A stretch of DNA of 64,000 bases from Malacoraja senta (Eukaryota): positions 124,001 to 188,000 of the forward strand of contig JAXLNO010000065.1 of the NCBI GenBank assembly GCA_038087875.1. Reading direction: 5' to 3'. Shown in pieces: positions 61,100-64,000 of this stretch. Both the position numbers and the translations under genes were made by a program. Within the stretch, counting starts at the first letter, position 1. Each line of letters opens with the position of its first letter. A model generated the notes under the pieces. That model worked only from the letters and a program-made list of their open reading frames with translations, ran no database searches and was not told the origin of the DNA.

Positions 61100-62545
61100 C
61101 TGTGAATATTGTGGAGCAGACCGATCTAATAATGCAGCTACATAGTTCCTTTAAAGTGGTCAAGAGGCTTTTGGTACATTGGTACATTAATAAGGGTATT
61201 GACTATACAACATATGTTATGCTACTGTTGTACAAGACATTGCTGAGGCATTTAACGTACTAAGTTCAGTTTTGATTATCTTGCTATAAGAAATATGTTG
61301 TTAACCTGGAAAGAGTGCAGGGAAGATTTACAATGGGGTTGTCAGGACTTGAGGGCCTGAGCTATAGGGAGAAGGTGGGGAGGTTAAGAGTTTATTTCTT
61401 GGAGTGCAGGAGGAAGAGAAGTGAACTTATGAGAGTGTACAAGATCATAAGGGGAATAGATGGGCTAAATGCACAGGGATTTTTACCGAGAGATGGGGAA
61501 TCAAGAACGAGTAGACTTTAGGAGAGCTCCCCCTCCCCTCCCCACCATCAACAACACCACAGGCACATCTGTGGAGTCTTTTAAGTTCCTTGGAACCATC
61601 ATCTCCAAGGACCTTAAATGGGGGGGCCACCATCGACTCCACAGTCAAAAAGGCCCAACAGACGATGTATGTCCTGCAGCAGCTGAGGAAACACAATCTG
61701 CCACAGGCAATGATGGTCCAATTCTGTACTGCCATCGTAGAATCTGTCCTCACCTTCTCCTTCGTGGTCTGGTTTGGCTCAGCCACCAAGCACGACATCC
61801 GGAGGCTGCAGCGATTAATTTGATCAGCTGAGAAGGTTGTTGGCTGCAACCATCCCCCCCCCCCCCCCCCCACACCCAATGACGAACTGTACACTGCAAG
61901 GGCCAGGAAGCGAGCGGGTAAGATCATCTCTGACCCCTCTCACCCTGGCCACAAGGTCTTTGAAGCACTTCCCTCTGTAAGGCGACCACGGACTGTCAAA
62001 GCCACCACAGTCAGACATAAAAAGTGCTTTTTACCATGAGCAGTAGCCCTACTCAATAACCAGAAATCTGTAGCCTCCTTTTGCGCTGGTACTTTATTTA
62101 ATTCACACGTTTAAACTATAATGTTTTATTCTTAATGTTTTAATGTTTTATTCTTAATTGTTTACTGTATGTCGTGTTGCTACTTGCGAGCGGAGCACCA
62201 AGGCAAATTTCTTGTAAGTGTACATACTTGGCCAATCATTCATTCAAGGGACATAGGTATAAGGTGAGAGGGTGAAGAGAGTAAAGATTTAATAGGAACT
62301 CGAGGAGCAACATTTTCATACAGAGGGTTCGTTAAAGAGGGTGGGTATATAGAACGAGCTGCCAGAGGAGATAGTTGAGGCAGGTACTGTAGCAGCATTT
62401 AAAAGACATTTGGGCATGTACATGGATTGGAAAGGTTTAGAGGGATATGGGCGAAATACGGGCAGATGGGTCGAGTGTAGATAGGGCATCTTGGTCGGCA
62501 TGGGCAAGTTGGGCTGAAAGCCCTATTTCTGTACTGTGTGACACC
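61100..62545 (+). mobile_element. Old CR1 3' fragment split by a Rex1/Babar insertion
   Basis: ORF 61315-61521 QGRFTMGLSGLEGLSYREK...PRDGESRT; continues at ~62250 with GGACATAGGTATAAGGTGAGAG. Confidence 0.75.
61512..62246 (+). mobile_element. Rex1/Babar LINE 3' fragment (young)
   Basis: VESFKFLGTIISKDLKW and VKKAQQTMYVLQQLRKHNLPQAMMVQFCTAIVESVLTFS; frameshifted. Confidence 0.9.
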
Positions 62546-63619
62546 ATGATTCTAATGTTTGGCTTAGTCGTTCACTGAAATGCATATTCCCCATTTGAAT
62601 CATTCAACAGTCATCTTAACAGTTGGTTGTTCCACTCATTTTTAAATTAAGGATTTGATTTATTCCATGATAATATGTATGATCCCTGTTTCTATTATTC
62701 TTAAGAACTGTTCATTGACATTGTGATCAATTTGGTTAACCATTGATGCCCTGGCAATCAATTGAATCAATCATATATCTAATTATTGCTATCTTGAACC
62801 CCTTATTTCTGTATTGAAATATTCTATGACTTATTTTATTAGTTTGATTGATCCATCCATCTGATTGTTGATCCTTCAGATCTTATTGTGCTTTGTTATT
62901 TGTTCTGTAGTTTTTTTAATAGATTTTGTTGTTCCAAAGCTAATTTTGTTCAGTGAAATCATGTGTTGATCTGATTACTAGTTTCGAAAACATGCAGTAC
63001 AGAGGTTATCAGTCCATTGAATCATTCACTGATCTGATACACAACCAATTGAATGAATCTATTACCAAATTTAGAATTTATTGATATTAAAATATGTTTT
63101 GATTAATCTATTTTCTGATTTAATTAATTGTCGGTAAGTTGGTCATTGGTCTGTGGAATCATTTTTTCTGATTACTGGTTAGCTGAAGCAGACTTTGAGC
63201 AATTATTGTTCTGTCTCAACCAGTCAATTATGTTTTTGTTTCTCCCATAAATTCCTAATTTTGCATTGCTCTGTTTAAATTTCTCTGTTGGATCAACCAT
63301 TGATCCATTTTTTGCTCTGACAGACATTCTTTGAACAAACTGTTTGTCCGCTATACTGAACCAATTTGATCCGATAATTGCAGTGAATTGTTCATTAATC
63401 TAATTATTGATTTATGAATCATACATTTAAGAATATTTAATTGTTGAATCATTCAAACCTGAATAATGGTCTGCTAATTCGATCATATTATTGATCTAAT
63501 GACTCAATCATCAAACTATTGGCACACATATTATGTTTATCAATAGGTGGTGAGTTTTACTCAGCAGAAATTTATTGTTTTGAATTGTATGCTGATGGTT
63601 TTCATGCTCATTTAGTTGA

Positions 63620-64000
63620 GTTTAGTTTAGTTTATTGTCGCGTGCACCGAGGTACAGTGAAAAGCATTTGTTGTGTGCAAACCAGTCAGCGGAAAGACTA
63701 TACATGATTACAATCAAGCCATCCACAGATACTTGATAAAGGGAATAAAGTTGAATGCAAGATAAAGTCCAGTAAAGTTTGATTAAAGATAGTCTGAGGG
63801 TCTCCATTGAGATAGATAGCAGTTCAGGACTGCTCTCTAGTTGTTGGTGGGATGGTTCAGTTGCTTGATAACAGCAGGGAAGAAATTGTCCCTGAATCTC
63901 ACGCTCCTGTACCCCTTGCCTGATGGGAGAGGGGAGAAGGGGAAGTGGCCAAAGTGAGACTAGTCCTTGATTATGCTGGTGGTCTTGCTGAGGCAGTGTG
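63620..64000 (-). mobile_element. Rex1/Babar-type LINE 3' fragment (continues past window)
   Basis: TTTAGTTTAGTTTATTGTCGCGTGCACCGAGGTACAGTGAAAAGC tail plus ORF end. Confidence 0.75.

Larger units (their letters stand above)
11470..63600. repeat. Very long, decayed tandem array of a 32-bp unit, interrupted by many transposon insertions
   Basis: 32-nt period read directly at 11520-11610, 19216-19401, 32750-32950, 47060-47200 and 55750-55815; consensus approx. TGATTATTGGTCWGTWGAATCATTCAYTGATC. Confidence 0.85.

Noticed and set aside
11470..63600. Immunoglobulin switch region or antigen-receptor locus
   Set aside because: The unit lacks AGCT/G-rich switch motifs, and I found no V/J/C exons or properly spaced heptamer-nonamer signals (CACAGTG at ~34186 has no nonamer).
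11470..63600. 32-bp array as a repetitive protein-coding exon
   Set aside because: 32 is not a multiple of 3 and the sequence is full of stop codons; the short I/L/S-rich ORFs in the track are by-products.

Overview
Eukaryotic, repeat-dense, essentially gene-free DNA. It is most likely from a cartilaginous fish (skate or ray). That assignment is inferred from the repeat families: HER1/CR1-type LINEs, HE1/V-SINE-type SINEs, Rex1/Babar, L2 and Penelope-like fragments. The only long ORFs are CR1 LINE ORF2 pieces (22866-24521 uninterrupted; 7732-8670 with two compensating frameshifts). No rRNA, tRNA gene, CRISPR array or recognisable cellular gene is supported; two candidate coding exons (2849-2951, 4473-4558) are low confidence. 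The main unexplained structure is that the AT-rich DNA between the transposons from ~11.5 kb to ~63.6 kb is not unique sequence. It is a ~52-kb, highly decayed tandem array of a 32-bp unit (approx. TGATTATTGGTC[A/T]GT[A/T]GAATCATTCA[C/T]TGATC). The array has two regional variants, two internal inversions and one recently re-amplified patch. The second notable signal is >10 Penelope-derived termini carrying minimal hammerhead-ribozyme-like motifs (CTGAAGA-a-GGGTCTCGACCC-GAAACGTC), including a TSD-flanked tandem multimer at 46293-46530. All calls were made by eye; boundaries are approximate unless TSDs or TIRs are quoted.
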